Shown piece after piece: positions 36,136 through 45,623 of a stretch of DNA of 64,000 nt. This DNA is from an uncultured bacterium (GTDB taxonomy: Bacteria > Patescibacteriota > Saccharimonadia > Saccharimonadales > UBA4665), in NCBI GenBank assembly GCA_965652795.1, contig CBFGXJ010000005.1, positions 25-64,024 of the forward strand. Direction: 5' to 3'. The position numbers and the translations under genes are program-made. The notes beneath the pieces were generated by a model, which did not search any database, had not been told where the DNA came from, and saw nothing but the letters and a program-made list of their open reading frames with translations. Every line of letters starts with the position of its first letter. Position 1 is the first letter of the stretch.

Positions 36136-36417
36136 TTACTTCTTGGCGCGGCGCTGGTGCTGCTGCCGGTACCGTTGGGCAAATGATGTCAAACCGCGGA
36201 AGGCGACTGCAATCCACACCGCATTAAGCACGATACCGATGTACGTTTGGTGATGGAACTGGTAAATGATCATACAGGCAGGCCCAACCAAGTTGTCGAG
36301 CTCGTACCAGAAGGATTTATTCGTCCAGCGACCAATACTGATGCGGTAAAATCCGAATAAGATCAAGCTGGCGCCGACCAGTCCGATCAGGTCATATGGC
36401 GAAGTAATGATATTCAT
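36136..36417 (-). CDS. small 3-TM membrane protein (93 aa)
   Basis: Three hydrophobic helices and a basic C-terminal tail. ATGA overlap with the upstream oxidase gene. Confidence 0.6.
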   Translation of the reverse strand: MNIITSPYDLIGLVGASLILFGFYRISIGRWTNKSFWYELDNLVGPACMIIYQFHHQTYIGIVLNAVWIAVAFRGLTSFAQRYRQQHQRRAKK

Positions 36418-38096
36418 GAGCGCGGCAGGTGGTCATATAAGTGGTCAAGCGTGAAGGTGTTGCGCAGTAGCGGTTTGACCATTTCAGAGGTAACATTGAT
36501 CTTCACACCGGGGTTGAGGGTGCCGTACGGGTCGAAGATTTGCTTTACTTTTTTGAAGACGTCGTACATTTCGGAGCCGTACAGTTTCTCAAGGTACGGG
36601 CCGCGCAAGCGGCCGTCGCCGTGTTCGCCGGTCGTGCTGCCGCCGAGTGAGATCACCAGGTTGTAATACTCATCGATCACGCGGAAGACGCGCTGGCGGT
36701 CGCCCACCTGTGACAGGTCCAGGAACGGTTGCATGTGCAAGTTGGCGTCTCCGGCATGGCCCCACACAGCTGCCTGCAAACGGTTGCGCGCAAAAATCTC
36801 ATAGACGCCCTCGATGTACTCGCGGAAGCGCTCAAGCGGCACGATGCCGTCTTCGATGATCGGCAGCGCCTTCAGGTTGCCCTCGGTATGGCCGGCAACC
36901 GCGGCCGAGGCGTGCCGTAACTTCCAGAGGCGGGCTTGCTCGGCCGGCTCGGTTTCGACGACGTGGCTGGTGGCGTATCGCTCCATGACCTTCTCTGCCT
37001 TTTTGACCATTTTCTTCTGAAGCCGCTCGCTGGTGTCATCGAACTCAACCAGCAAGACAACCTTCGGGAAGGGCTTGGTAATGGCATCTTTCAAAAGGTT
37101 GGGATTCAGTTTTTCAACCAGTTGCAGCAGTTGGTCGTCGACCATCTCGATCGCACTGGCAGGCTCAGGCAGGCTGCGCAGCTCAAGCACGGCGCTCTGG
37201 ACGGATTCCAGGCTGTCGAAGTAGCCGACGACAAGCGATGTTTCCGGGTTGTATTCTTCGGTTTCAAGCGTTACTTCGGTCACAATGCCCAGCGTGCCCT
37301 GCGAGCCGACGATCAACGGCGTTAGGTCGATTGAGCCGTCTTTGTTCTTGACGCCTCTTAGGGCGTAACCGGCCGAGTTCTTAGAAACCCGCGGGTCGGT
37401 TTTTTCGATCACGTCCTGGTGTTCTTCGATAAGCGCATCGATGGCACGGTAAATTTCGCCCTCGAAGGTGGCAAGGCCCAGCTTTTTATTGGCTTCACGC
37501 TTGCTTAGGCGACCGGTTTCGATCACTTCGCCGTTGGCCAGCACGACGCGCAGCCCGCGCACATAGTCGCGCGTGACGCCGTACTTGAAGCTTTTCTCGC
37601 CGCCGGCATTGTTAGCAACCGCGCCGCCGATGGTCGAATACTCCAGTGAGGCCGGAAACGGCGGTAAAAAGCGGTCATGCGTCTGCAGCGTCTGCTGGAC
37701 TTTGCCGTAGATAGCGCCCGGTTCAACCGTCAGCAGCCCCGACTTCGCATCCAGCTCAATGATACGGTTCATATGCGCCGGAAAGGCCAGCATAATACCG
37801 TTGCCCAGCGCCGCGCCCGATTGGTCGGTTCCTGCACCCCGGGCTGTCAGCGGTATGACGCGGCCGCGCTCGGCCAGCTGCCAGGTGAAGCGGGCGGTCT
37901 TGCGGACGTCATTCTCGTTGCGCGGGTACACCACGATCGACGGCGTAATGCTAAACACGCTGCCGTCGGTGGCAAAATACCGCCGCGCATCCGCCGAAGT
38001 AATGACCGTACCACTCAAATGATCCTGTAAATAATGTGCAACCTTACTCATATAAAAGCTGAACCTCTTTGGTGAATACTTTCTAGCATCCATCAT
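36414..38096 (-). CDS. FAD-binding oxidoreductase (GlcD / D-lactate dehydrogenase-like)
   Basis: PCMH-type FAD-binding region (VVYPRNENDVRKTARF...TARGAGTDQSGAALG) and a C-terminal FAD-linked oxidase block (GSTTGEHGDGRLR). An internal ATG at 38049..38051 is an alternative start. Confidence 0.88.
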   Translation of the reverse strand: MMDARKYSPKRFSFYMSKVAHYLQDHLSGTVITSADARRYFATDGSVFSITPSIVVYPRNENDVRKTARFTWQLAERGRVIPLTARGAGTDQSGAALGNGIMLAFPAHMNRIIELDAKSGLLTVEPGAIYGKVQQTLQTHDRFLPPFPASLEYSTIGGAVANNAGGEKSFKYGVTRDYVRGLRVVLANGEVIETGRLSKREANKKLGLATFEGEIYRAIDALIEEHQDVIEKTDPRVSKNSAGYALRGVKNKDGSIDLTPLIVGSQGTLGIVTEVTLETEEYNPETSLVVGYFDSLESVQSAVLELRSLPEPASAIEMVDDQLLQLVEKLNPNLLKDAITKPFPKVVLLVEFDDTSERLQKKMVKKAEKVMERYATSHVVETEPAEQARLWKLRHASAAVAGHTEGNLKALPIIEDGIVPLERFREYIEGVYEIFARNRLQAAVWGHAGDANLHMQPFLDLSQVGDRQRVFRVIDEYYNLVISLGGSTTGEHGDGRLRGPYLEKLYGSEMYDVFKKVKQIFDPYGTLNPGVKINVTSEMVKPLLRNTFTLDHLYDHLPRS

Positions 38097-38158
38097 AGCA
38101 TAACCGTGAAGGCAGCGTCAGGTGCAAGTAACATCATACCCTAAAAGAAACTACCGAT

Positions 38159-38917
38159 TTGAAAGCCGATATGGATGCACAGCGTGATATACTTATCATA
38201 ACTATTCTTAATACGTGCTGTATGAGCCGACATTTTCTTGAAGTAATGGGTTATGATCCACATGTGGTGGACATGTTAGGGTGGCCGCGACCAATATACA
38301 GTGCCGATTCCGAGTATCGGTTGCGAGATGTCGAGTCAACTATCTTAGAAGATAATCTCGCAAACACATGGACTGCATACGCTGAACATTCATATACAGT
38401 TACACCTGAGAGAGATGTGTTATCCCAGTATGTAGCCAAGTTACCCGACGACATGAACGGCCGGCTTTTAGAGGGCTTGCAACAGGGCGTTTTACAGCTT
38501 GCGAATGGCACCTTACAAGCCAGGTATGTATCTGCATTGTATGCTGTTTCTCAGTTTATTGCGCAAGGTGCCAGCAATAGACGCATATGCATGTATGTCG
38601 CCAATGAAAGACTTCGGTGTACAGGGCAGGCAAGCTTATGTCTCACCTCGGCGGTTGCGGCGGTCGAAGGCAATATACCCGCTTTCAACCTAGCTCCAGC
38701 ACCCACCTTAACGCCATACAAAGCCGTCGAGCTAGCCGCACTCGCCCTGCAGCGTGCCTACGACGTCACTAATATCGAGCCGTATATGTGGGGAGACGCG
38801 CACCGCACCGCTGCGCTCATGGCGGGCATTGTCAAACGTGTCGAACATGCAGCCCTGCCCCAGATAGATCGCTCGCGACCGCTCATCTTGCCGCGATTTG
38901 AACCTTTGACCCGTTAG
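38159..38917 (+). CDS. hypothetical protein (orphan, ~250 aa), low-GC 5' half
   Basis: Only long ORF in the interval. No motif recognised. TTG start at 38159 or ATG at 38171. Confidence 0.5.
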   Translation: MKADMDAQRDILIITILNTCCMSRHFLEVMGYDPHVVDMLGWPRPIYSADSEYRLRDVESTILEDNLANTWTAYAEHSYTVTPERDVLSQYVAKLPDDMNGRLLEGLQQGVLQLANGTLQARYVSALYAVSQFIAQGASNRRICMYVANERLRCTGQASLCLTSAVAAVEGNIPAFNLAPAPTLTPYKAVELAALALQRAYDVTNIEPYMWGDAHRTAALMAGIVKRVEHAALPQIDRSRPLILPRFEPLTR

Positions 38918-38920
38918 CGG

Positions 38921-40339
38921 CTACCGCTCGGGCTTCAGGCCGATGCCGGCCGCGAATGACTCTACCGGGTCAAGCGCTGCGCCGTCGACCGGGGCGCTCA
39001 GGCTGCTGCAGGTGCGCAAGACATAGGCTCGGCTACCGTCCTTCAAGATAGCGACGGCATAGTGCGTGCGCACGTGGCGGCCGCTGGCCATTGTGCCGGT
39101 GAAGGAATAGCTTGGCAGGTTGTAGCTGGTTTTGTTAGGGTCGGTCGGATGTGCCAGCTTGAGGTCGGCCATAGCCGTCGGATCGCCGAAGCTGCCGCCC
39201 TTGTTGCGCAGTTCCTGGATTTGGCGGCCGATGATGTCGTTGCTGTTGTCGCCTGGCAATGCCTCCGCGCTTAGGGTGCCGAACTGCAGTTCGCAGGCGC
39301 GGTCTGCGCTGCGGTAAGCCGTCACGCCGGGCGTCTTGTAATCGAAGGTGCTGTAACCGTCGGGGATGTTGGCTGGCGCGGTGAAGCTGGCGCGGGTGAA
39401 GTCGCCCAGAGCCAGCACTGCTGGCTGAGGTGCGGGCGCAGGCTCCGCAGGCTTTTCCGCTTCTTCCGGCTTGTTCTGGGACGGTTGCGGCGTTTCGGCC
39501 GGCTGCTCTTCAGCTGGCTTCGGCGCCGGTTGGGTAGTGGCCGGCTTTTGAGCAGGTTTGTCGTCGCGCGGCGAGTAGAACAGATAGGCTATCGCCCCGG
39601 CTGCGGCCAACACAAGCAAGAAGGTGATCGTCATGAAAACTTTAAAGCGGCGCGAGTGGCCCGGCACCGGCGTCGAAAGATAATTTTCAGTCGGCTGCGG
39701 TTGCGGCACCGGAACGGGCTGAGGCTGGGACGGCGGCGGGCTGACGGGTGCAGGACGCTGGGCCGCCTGAGGCGCTGGAGCCGCCACGTCGGGCAGCTGC
39801 GGGTTGGCCGCGTAAGGGTTTACGGCCGGGTCAGGCCGGATCGGCTGGTACGGGTACTGCGGCGTACTCGGAGCCGGCCGGAATGGCTGCTCGTAGCTTG
39901 GCTGCGGCCGGTCAGGCGCGGCCGGCAAATGAGGCTGGCTAAACTGGTACTGGCCCGGCACAGAGTACGGGTCGGCATCCGGCTCGGCCGGGTACTTGGG
40001 GAATACCGCCGGTGAGGTCTTTGGCTTGAACCAATCAGCCGGGTTCTGGGTCTGCGAAGTTGGGTTCTGGGCCGGCAACGTCGGATTCTGGACCTGTGGG
40101 ATTGCGTTCTGGGCTTGCCGAGCCGCGTTCAGGCGCTGCGCTGATTGGCTCGAAAGTTGCGAGATAGGGTCCTGCGCCTGCGACGAAGCATCTGCAGCCC
40201 CAGGCACAGACTGCTGCCCTGCCGGCGGCGTTTGCTGAGCATTAGCCCATGCCGAACCGGCCGGCTGCGGAGCAGCCCCGGGAGCATCTTGTGGTGTGCG
40301 AAACGTACTATTATTAGTAGCAGGGTCTCTCGGATCCAT
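38921..40339 (-). CDS. Pro/Gln-rich bitopic membrane protein with C-terminal extracytoplasmic domain
   Basis: About 230 aa of P/Q/A-rich sequence (QNP-type repeats), a central TM helix (VFMTITFLLVLAAAGAIAYLFY) and a ~200-aa C-terminal domain. TGGTATAAT at 40363..40371 lies 2 nt from the ORF-track ATG, so the ATG at 40337..40339 (SD GAGG) is preferred. Confidence 0.7.
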   Translation of the reverse strand: MDPRDPATNNSTFRTPQDAPGAAPQPAGSAWANAQQTPPAGQQSVPGAADASSQAQDPISQLSSQSAQRLNAARQAQNAIPQVQNPTLPAQNPTSQTQNPADWFKPKTSPAVFPKYPAEPDADPYSVPGQYQFSQPHLPAAPDRPQPSYEQPFRPAPSTPQYPYQPIRPDPAVNPYAANPQLPDVAAPAPQAAQRPAPVSPPPSQPQPVPVPQPQPTENYLSTPVPGHSRRFKVFMTITFLLVLAAAGAIAYLFYSPRDDKPAQKPATTQPAPKPAEEQPAETPQPSQNKPEEAEKPAEPAPAPQPAVLALGDFTRASFTAPANIPDGYSTFDYKTPGVTAYRSADRACELQFGTLSAEALPGDNSNDIIGRQIQELRNKGGSFGDPTAMADLKLAHPTDPNKTSYNLPSYSFTGTMASGRHVRTHYAVAILKDGSRAYVLRTCSSLSAPVDGAALDPVESFAAGIGLKPER

Positions 40340-40381
40340 ACATAAAACCTCGCTTCCCATATATTATACCACTGTCAAGCC

Positions 40382-40410
40382 TTGAATGCGAGCCCCAATT
40401 AGGATACAAT
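40382..40410 (+). promoter_or_regulatory. promoter of tRNA-Leu(CAG) (TTGAAT-17-TACAAT)
   Basis: -35 at 40382..40387 and -10 at 40405..40410. Confidence 0.5.
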
Positions 40411-40461
40411 AGCTTGCGTTAGTCCGAAGGTGCTTTTATAGACCCGAAAGACACAAGTTAT

Positions 40462-40548
40462 GCCGCAGTGGTGAAATTGGTATACACGCTAGTTTCAGGT
40501 ACTAGTGGGCGCAAGCTCGTGGAGGTTCAAGTCCTCTCTGCGGCACCA
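40462..40548 (+). tRNA. tRNA-Leu (anticodon CAG), CCA encoded
   Basis: GCCGCAGTGGTGAAATTGGTATACACGCTAGTTTCAGGTACTAGTGGGCGCAAGCTCGTGGAGGTTCAAGTCCTCTCTGCGGCACCA. Perfect acceptor stem and a long variable arm. Confidence 0.93.
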
Positions 40549-40550
40549 AT

Positions 40551-40585
40551 AGTAAAAGACTCTGGCCAAGCCAGGGTCTTTTACT
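40551..40585. terminator. 15-bp hairpin 2 nt after the tRNA-Leu(CAG) 3' end
   Basis: agtaaaagactctgg-ccaag-ccagggtcttttact (one G-U pair). Confidence 0.75.
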
Positions 40586-40631
40586 TTCTGATCAAGGGAG
40601 AGGGCTTGCCGGGGTCTGCTATACTGGCTTC

Positions 40632-41438
40632 ATGCAATACGAGCCCAAGTCCGAGGAAGTCATCTACATAGACCTGCCCGGCACAGACGGCCTGAAGGTC
40701 AAAGGCATCCTGCGCGGCGACATCACCGATCCGCTGGTCGTGATGATGCACGGGCGGCCCGGTAGCGGCAACGCGCTGATCCAGTACCTGGGCGCGCGGT
40801 ATCTGCACGCTCGCGGCCTGGCGACGCTGCGGCTGTTTATGTATGATTTCGAGCCGGGCACGCGCAACCTGATGGACTGCACGCTGGAGACGCACGTACA
40901 TGATTTTGAAGCTGTCGTCGCTTATCTGCGGGCCCTGCGCAAACAGCCTGTATTCGCCGTGGGCCACAGCTACGGCGGGCTGACGATCCTGGCGTCGAAG
41001 GCGAAGCTCGACGGCGCCGTGTTATGGGACCCGTCGCACGGCTTATGGTGGCAAGAGAATCGGGATGCGCGCTTCTCTGATCGCTTTCCCCAAATTGTAG
41101 AGGGACCGTACGTCATCGGCACGGCCGGGGAGGGCTGGGTCTACCCGGTGGCAGCACTAGATAAAGACAAGCAGCGCGGCGACACCTCGGCGCTCGCCGC
41201 CAAGGGCTATCCGATTAGCATCATCGCTGCCGGCGCCGGCGCGCTAGTAGACCTGGAAGAGCGGTATTTCCAGGCCGCCGATGAACCGAAAAACCTGCAC
41301 GTGATCGCAGACGCCAGCCACGGCTTCGACGATTCCGACGCCGTTATGCTCGAGCTCTTCCAGGAGACCTGGCACAGCCTGTCAAAAATGCTCGTCGCTA
41401 CTCGCCGGGCTCAGGTGCCCGCAACAACGAAAACGTAA
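40632..41438 (+). CDS. alpha/beta hydrolase
   Basis: Nucleophile elbow GHSYGG, HGRPG oxyanion region and a late acid/His (ADASHGFDD). TATACT plus 6 nt upstream of the ATG. Confidence 0.85.
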   Translation: MQYEPKSEEVIYIDLPGTDGLKVKGILRGDITDPLVVMMHGRPGSGNALIQYLGARYLHARGLATLRLFMYDFEPGTRNLMDCTLETHVHDFEAVVAYLRALRKQPVFAVGHSYGGLTILASKAKLDGAVLWDPSHGLWWQENRDARFSDRFPQIVEGPYVIGTAGEGWVYPVAALDKDKQRGDTSALAAKGYPISIIAAGAGALVDLEERYFQAADEPKNLHVIADASHGFDDSDAVMLELFQETWHSLSKMLVATRRAQVPATTKT

Positions 41439-41853
41439 CAACACCCGATCCATCGGTTTGGTGCCAGCGGCTTTCTTGCAGGCTGCAGCCCGGTGTTACA
41501 TTATCGAACCAACGTGATGCAACAAACGAGTAGTTCGGATCATCTATCGCTGAAGGGTAAAACTCGGCTTCGTCCAATCGATCTGGGTCAATATCAAATG
41601 TTTGACAGACCATGGTGTCTATTATTGTGGACGCATACTCCCAGGAGCCTTGCTGGCTCGATACCGGAATCGTCATAACCGGTGTCGGTAGTCCCGACTC
41701 CAACAGCAGGGCGAGGCTGCGTGGCAGCTGATCGCACATTGTCAGTTGTAGTTTTGCAACGTCCCTACTGCGATATAACGTTCGCAGCAGAGCTTCATGC
41801 TCCGCCATCGGGTTGCCTTCCGAAGGGACGGCATGATGTTCGGTCATATGCAT
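41398..41853 (-). CDS. hypothetical protein (orphan, 151 aa)
   Basis: TATAAT box and AAAGG SD upstream. The 3' end overlaps the convergent hydrolase gene by 41 nt. Lower GC. Confidence 0.5.
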   Translation of the reverse strand: MHMTEHHAVPSEGNPMAEHEALLRTLYRSRDVAKLQLTMCDQLPRSLALLLESGLPTPVMTIPVSSQQGSWEYASTIIDTMVCQTFDIDPDRLDEAEFYPSAIDDPNYSFVASRWFDNVTPGCSLQESRWHQTDGSGVVTFSLLRAPEPGE

Positions 41854-41928
41854 ACCTTTTACAATTAAACTATAATTATATCATAAAAGGCGCGGCCATA
41901 CCACTACAGCTCGGTGTCAACCGAGAGG

Positions 41929-43716
41929 CTATTCCTGCGAGACGCGCACCGTGCGGATCATCCAATTGTGGACGTTCTTAAAGCGCTCAACGTCGGCATT
42001 GATCACCCGCTCATTCAGGCCGTACACAGTACTGCGGGTTACATAGAAAAACCGCGGCTGGTACAGGCCGACAGCCGGCACGTCGTCGCGCCAGGCGCGC
42101 ATGAACGGCTCGTACTTGATGATGCGCAGGTCTTTACCGGAGCGCGTCCGGCCGGACTCCAGGGCTACGTCGGCGGCACCCGAGCTCCACTCCGAGAAGT
42201 TCAGCCGGTTTGCGGCCCTGATGTCGGCCTGCGTGCTGTGCCAATAGACGAAGACGTCCGGGTCGGCCCCGACCGAAATGCCATACAGCAATGCGTCGTA
42301 CGAGTGCCCGGCCAGGGCAGCCTGGAACTCGTCGCTGTCACGCATGATCAGCTCCACATCCACACCGGCAGCGCGCCATTGGGCGGCCAATGTGCGGGCA
42401 ACGGCTGCGTATTCGGCGCTGTCCTGAGCTACCAGATTGAAGCTGAGCGGCGTTTTGCCTTTGTAGCGCACACCGTCTTTGCCTACCCGCCAACCGGCTT
42501 TGTCCAGCTGGCGCTTGGCTTCGGCCAGGTCAAAACTACCTTGCGAGTAATCTGGGTTGAAGTACCCCTTTTGGTTCATTAGGAACGGCTGCGTCACCGG
42601 CCTGGTCGGGTAGCCCACTTCATTCAGGATGGCTTTGCGGTCGGTGGCGTACAGCAGCGCATGGCGGATGGCTTTGTCGGCCAGCAAGCCTTCGCTGGTT
42701 TTAAAGAACGTCATCACCTGCGCCGTCAGCGGCAAGCCGTACTGGCGTACAGCGCTGGCGTTCACATCGGCCGGCAGGCGGGTCAGGCCGACCATGGCGT
42801 TAATCTCCTGATCTTTGAAGCTGTCGACCAGGCGCTGCTCGCTACGGAAGGTGCGGATCACGAAGCTGTCCAGCTTCGGTTTGCCCAGGTGATATTTGTC
42901 GAAGGCAGTTAGAGCGATGCGTTCTTCGCGCGTATCGGCCGCTGAGCCCAGCACCTCAAGCGCACTAAAGCGGAACGGGCCGCTGCCGACCGGCTGGGAG
43001 GTGTTAAACTGCGACGTGCGCAGCGCGCTCAAACCCGTATCGGTGTCCAGGATATGCTTCGGAATGATGCCGTTGGTGAGCGACTGCGGGAAGGCGCTGA
43101 GCGCGCCGGGCAGGATAAACTTGACCGTCAGCGGATCGGGCGCCGAGACTTCGATGCCGCGCCAGCTGCTGCCCAGCGGCGACTGCGCGTCCGGGTTCTG
43201 GATCACCTGATACGTGAATAGTACGTCAGCCGAGGTAAGCGGCTTGCCGTCGTGCCAGGTAAGGCCGGGGCGCAGCTTGACCAGATATGAGGTTTCGCGG
43301 GCGTCCACCGTCCAGCTTTCGGCCAGGTCTCCGACCAGCTTATTTTCTTCGTCATACGTCAGTAAGCCCGAAAACAGCAGCCTGGAGACAGCCGCGTTAG
43401 CAAGGCCGCTGGCGTAAATCGGGTTGGCGTTCGTGAACGGCCCCAGTACACCTTCGGTGTAGGTGCCGCCGGCAGCCGGCGTAATGTCCTGGTAAAAGGC
43501 GCTCAAGCCGCGCATCTGCCCGATCACGCACCCGCCCAAAAGCACCAGCAGCAGCATCCATGAGGCCACAAAGCCCTTCACCGGCGCCAAACGCTCGAGC
43601 CGCTTGATGAAGTTGCGCTCCAGTTGCTGCTCGGCCTGTGCGCCCAGCTCCTCAACCTGGCGTTTCTGAATCCGTAAATGGCGGCGAAAACGCAGCTTGA
43701 TTGCCTTCAGGATCAT
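41929..43716 (-). CDS. ABC transporter substrate-binding protein, family 5 (peptide/nickel type), TM-anchored
   Basis: 595 aa. N-terminal TM helix, then an OppA/DppA-like pattern (LLTYDEENKLVGDLAESW...LRPGLTWHDGKPLTSADV). No permease or ATPase genes adjacent. Confidence 0.88.
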   Translation of the reverse strand: MILKAIKLRFRRHLRIQKRQVEELGAQAEQQLERNFIKRLERLAPVKGFVASWMLLLVLLGGCVIGQMRGLSAFYQDITPAAGGTYTEGVLGPFTNANPIYASGLANAAVSRLLFSGLLTYDEENKLVGDLAESWTVDARETSYLVKLRPGLTWHDGKPLTSADVLFTYQVIQNPDAQSPLGSSWRGIEVSAPDPLTVKFILPGALSAFPQSLTNGIIPKHILDTDTGLSALRTSQFNTSQPVGSGPFRFSALEVLGSAADTREERIALTAFDKYHLGKPKLDSFVIRTFRSEQRLVDSFKDQEINAMVGLTRLPADVNASAVRQYGLPLTAQVMTFFKTSEGLLADKAIRHALLYATDRKAILNEVGYPTRPVTQPFLMNQKGYFNPDYSQGSFDLAEAKRQLDKAGWRVGKDGVRYKGKTPLSFNLVAQDSAEYAAVARTLAAQWRAAGVDVELIMRDSDEFQAALAGHSYDALLYGISVGADPDVFVYWHSTQADIRAANRLNFSEWSSGAADVALESGRTRSGKDLRIIKYEPFMRAWRDDVPAVGLYQPRFFYVTRSTVYGLNERVINADVERFKNVHNWMIRTVRVSQE

Positions 43717-43737
43717 AGACCCTCGCCCCCTTACGGT

Positions 43738-43953
43738 TTACCCTATTACGACACCCAGTAAGATCGAACCGGCAAATACGAATGCGGTGATGATCGTCAG
43801 CTGGTAGATGGTTTTATCGGTGCCGCGGCGCTCGATGTTGACTTCACCGCCACCGCCAAGGCCGGCGCCCAAAGAAGCGCCGCGCGTTTGTACCAGAATC
43901 AGTAAGGTCAGCAGTAACATTGATCCGACTGTAATGTAATTGAAGATGCTCAT
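43738..43953 (-). CDS. secG: preprotein translocase subunit SecG
   Basis: 71 aa with two TM helices and the Gly-rich loop GASLGAGLGGGG. Confidence 0.85.
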   Translation of the reverse strand: MSIFNYITVGSMLLLTLLILVQTRGASLGAGLGGGGEVNIERRGTDKTIYQLTIITAFVFAGSILLGVVIG

Positions 43954-44321
43954 CGTTCTCGACTCTCTAAAATAGTTGTTACCAGATAGTTTACCAGCCC
44001 GATGATCATACCGGCAAGTATCGCCGCCCAGAAATTAGTGATTTCCAGCGGTGCGTACAGCCAGCTGACCAGAAAAACTGTAAAACCGTTGATGACGATC
44101 ATGAACAATCCCAGCGTGAACAAGATGGCTGGCAATGATAAGATCACCACCACCGGCTTGATGATGGCGTTAATAATCGCCAGCAGCAGCCCCGCCATGA
44201 CGATCACGAAGAAGCGATCGCCGTACATGATGTGGTTGCTTAACAGCTGCGCCGAAATCCAGAGGCCCAGCGCACATATCAACCAACGAACTAAAAACCG
44301 ATACAAAAAACCGTGGGGCAT
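43950..44321 (-). CDS. 4-TM membrane protein, DUF360 / phage-holin-family-IV-like
   Basis: LVRWLICALGLW...IINAIIKPVVVILSLPAILFTLGLF...GLVNYL pattern. ATGA overlap with secG. Confidence 0.8.
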   Translation of the reverse strand: MPHGFLYRFLVRWLICALGLWISAQLLSNHIMYGDRFFVIVMAGLLLAIINAIIKPVVVILSLPAILFTLGLFMIVINGFTVFLVSWLYAPLEITNFWAAILAGMIIGLVNYLVTTILESRER

Positions 44322-44331
44322 AATCTTCCTT

Positions 44332-45576
44332 TTATTTTAGCACAAGCTCGCGCGGCAGGCGGGCACTTAAAACTTCGCAGCCCTCAGGGGTAATAACGAC
44401 GTTATCCTCAATGCGCACACCGATGGATTCTTCAGGGATATATATGCCGGGTTCGACCGTCAGTACTACGCCCGCCTCCAGCGGGTGGTCGTAGTCGCCG
44501 CCGTCGTGGACATCAAGGCCTAAAAAGTGCGATGTGCCATGCGGAAAGTACGCCCGCACCGCCTCGGGCTCGATGGTTTTGATCAGACCGAGTTCCCGCA
44601 GTTTTTCGCCGACGAAGGTCTCGACCTGCTTTTCATATTCTTTGAGGACGACACCGGGCCGTAAGAGGCTGATGGCGTACTCCTGTGCCTCGAGCACCGC
44701 CTGGTAGACTTGCTCCTGGCGGCGGCTGGGCTGCTCGCCCAGCACCAGCGTGCGGGTGATGTCGGCAGCGTAACGGTTCCAGCCGGCACCGACGTCCAGC
44801 ACCAGCAGCTCACCGCTGGCAAGCGCGGCGTTGTTATCGGTATTGTGCAGTGTGCAGGCCCGCTCGCCGCTAGCCACAATCGGCGCGAAGGCGTGGCCGT
44901 CGGCGCCGCGGCGGCGGAAACCCCGGGTGAGGTCGGCCTCAATTTCGTACTCGTAGGCGTACTTTGCCAGTTGCTTGGGGCGGCCGATTTCTTTGAGCGT
45001 ATCGAGCGTGATGTCGATGGCTTGCTGGATGGCCTCAATCTCGACCGTCTGCTTGACGGTACGCATGCGCGCCAGATGCTGGCGCAGGTCGAGCAGCTCG
45101 ATATCGGCATTGACTTCCTTCAGCCGGCGGATGAGCGTCGCCCGGGCCGGATTGGTGTACATGCCCCAAAAATCCACATAGGGCTGCGGCGCGCCCAACG
45201 TGGCAACGTGCTGGACACGCTTAAGGCGCGCCGCCAGCTGCTTCCAGCCGTCTTTGTCGGCGTAGACGTCTTGGATGCCGGAAATGCGGCTCAAAGCAGC
45301 ATGGTCGATCCGGCCGTCGAAGGCCTCGCGGGCGGCCTCGCGCTCCGGCACAATCAGATATTCTTTACCCTTGTCCATCACCAGTACCGCATCCGGCACG
45401 TCAATGCCGGTTAAGTACCAGAAATTGCGCTCCTGGTGGAAAGGGTAGGCCTCGTCGGTCGACTTTTGCAGCTGACCATGGGCCGTTATAACGATCGGTG
45501 CAGTACCGGTAAAGAGCTGCCGCAGCCGCTCGCGGTTACCGCTGAAGAAGCTGCTGTCAAAAGGAGTTTCGTTCAC
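44332..45576 (-). CDS. pepP: Xaa-Pro aminopeptidase (M24B)
   Basis: Pita-bread metal-ligand blocks DVGAGWNRYAADITR, HGTSHFLGLDVHD, EPGIYIP and IRIED. GTG start preceded by TGCTACTAT plus 6 nt. Confidence 0.92.
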   Translation of the reverse strand: MNETPFDSSFFSGNRERLRQLFTGTAPIVITAHGQLQKSTDEAYPFHQERNFWYLTGIDVPDAVLVMDKGKEYLIVPEREAAREAFDGRIDHAALSRISGIQDVYADKDGWKQLAARLKRVQHVATLGAPQPYVDFWGMYTNPARATLIRRLKEVNADIELLDLRQHLARMRTVKQTVEIEAIQQAIDITLDTLKEIGRPKQLAKYAYEYEIEADLTRGFRRRGADGHAFAPIVASGERACTLHNTDNNAALASGELLVLDVGAGWNRYAADITRTLVLGEQPSRRQEQVYQAVLEAQEYAISLLRPGVVLKEYEKQVETFVGEKLRELGLIKTIEPEAVRAYFPHGTSHFLGLDVHDGGDYDHPLEAGVVLTVEPGIYIPEESIGVRIEDNVVITPEGCEVLSARLPRELVLK

Positions 45577-45623
45577 GGGAGTATAGTAGCATATTCTGGC
45601 GATATCTGCGTAACCGCTCAGCG

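Noticed and set aside
40598-40608. The 11-mer gagagggcttg downstream of tRNA-Leu(CAG), identical to the variant tRNA fragment at 32121..32131 but inverted relative to the adjacent tRNA.
   Set aside because: A single 11-nt match with no flanking similarity or composition shift, lying inside the promoter region of the hydrolase gene. Chance cannot be excluded, so it is not called an att site.
43950-44321. The holin-family-IV-like gene, considered as evidence of a prophage or lysis cassette.
   Set aside because: No endolysin, spanin, terminase, capsid or integrase genes are nearby. The gene is embedded in and translationally coupled to housekeeping genes (pepP, secG).
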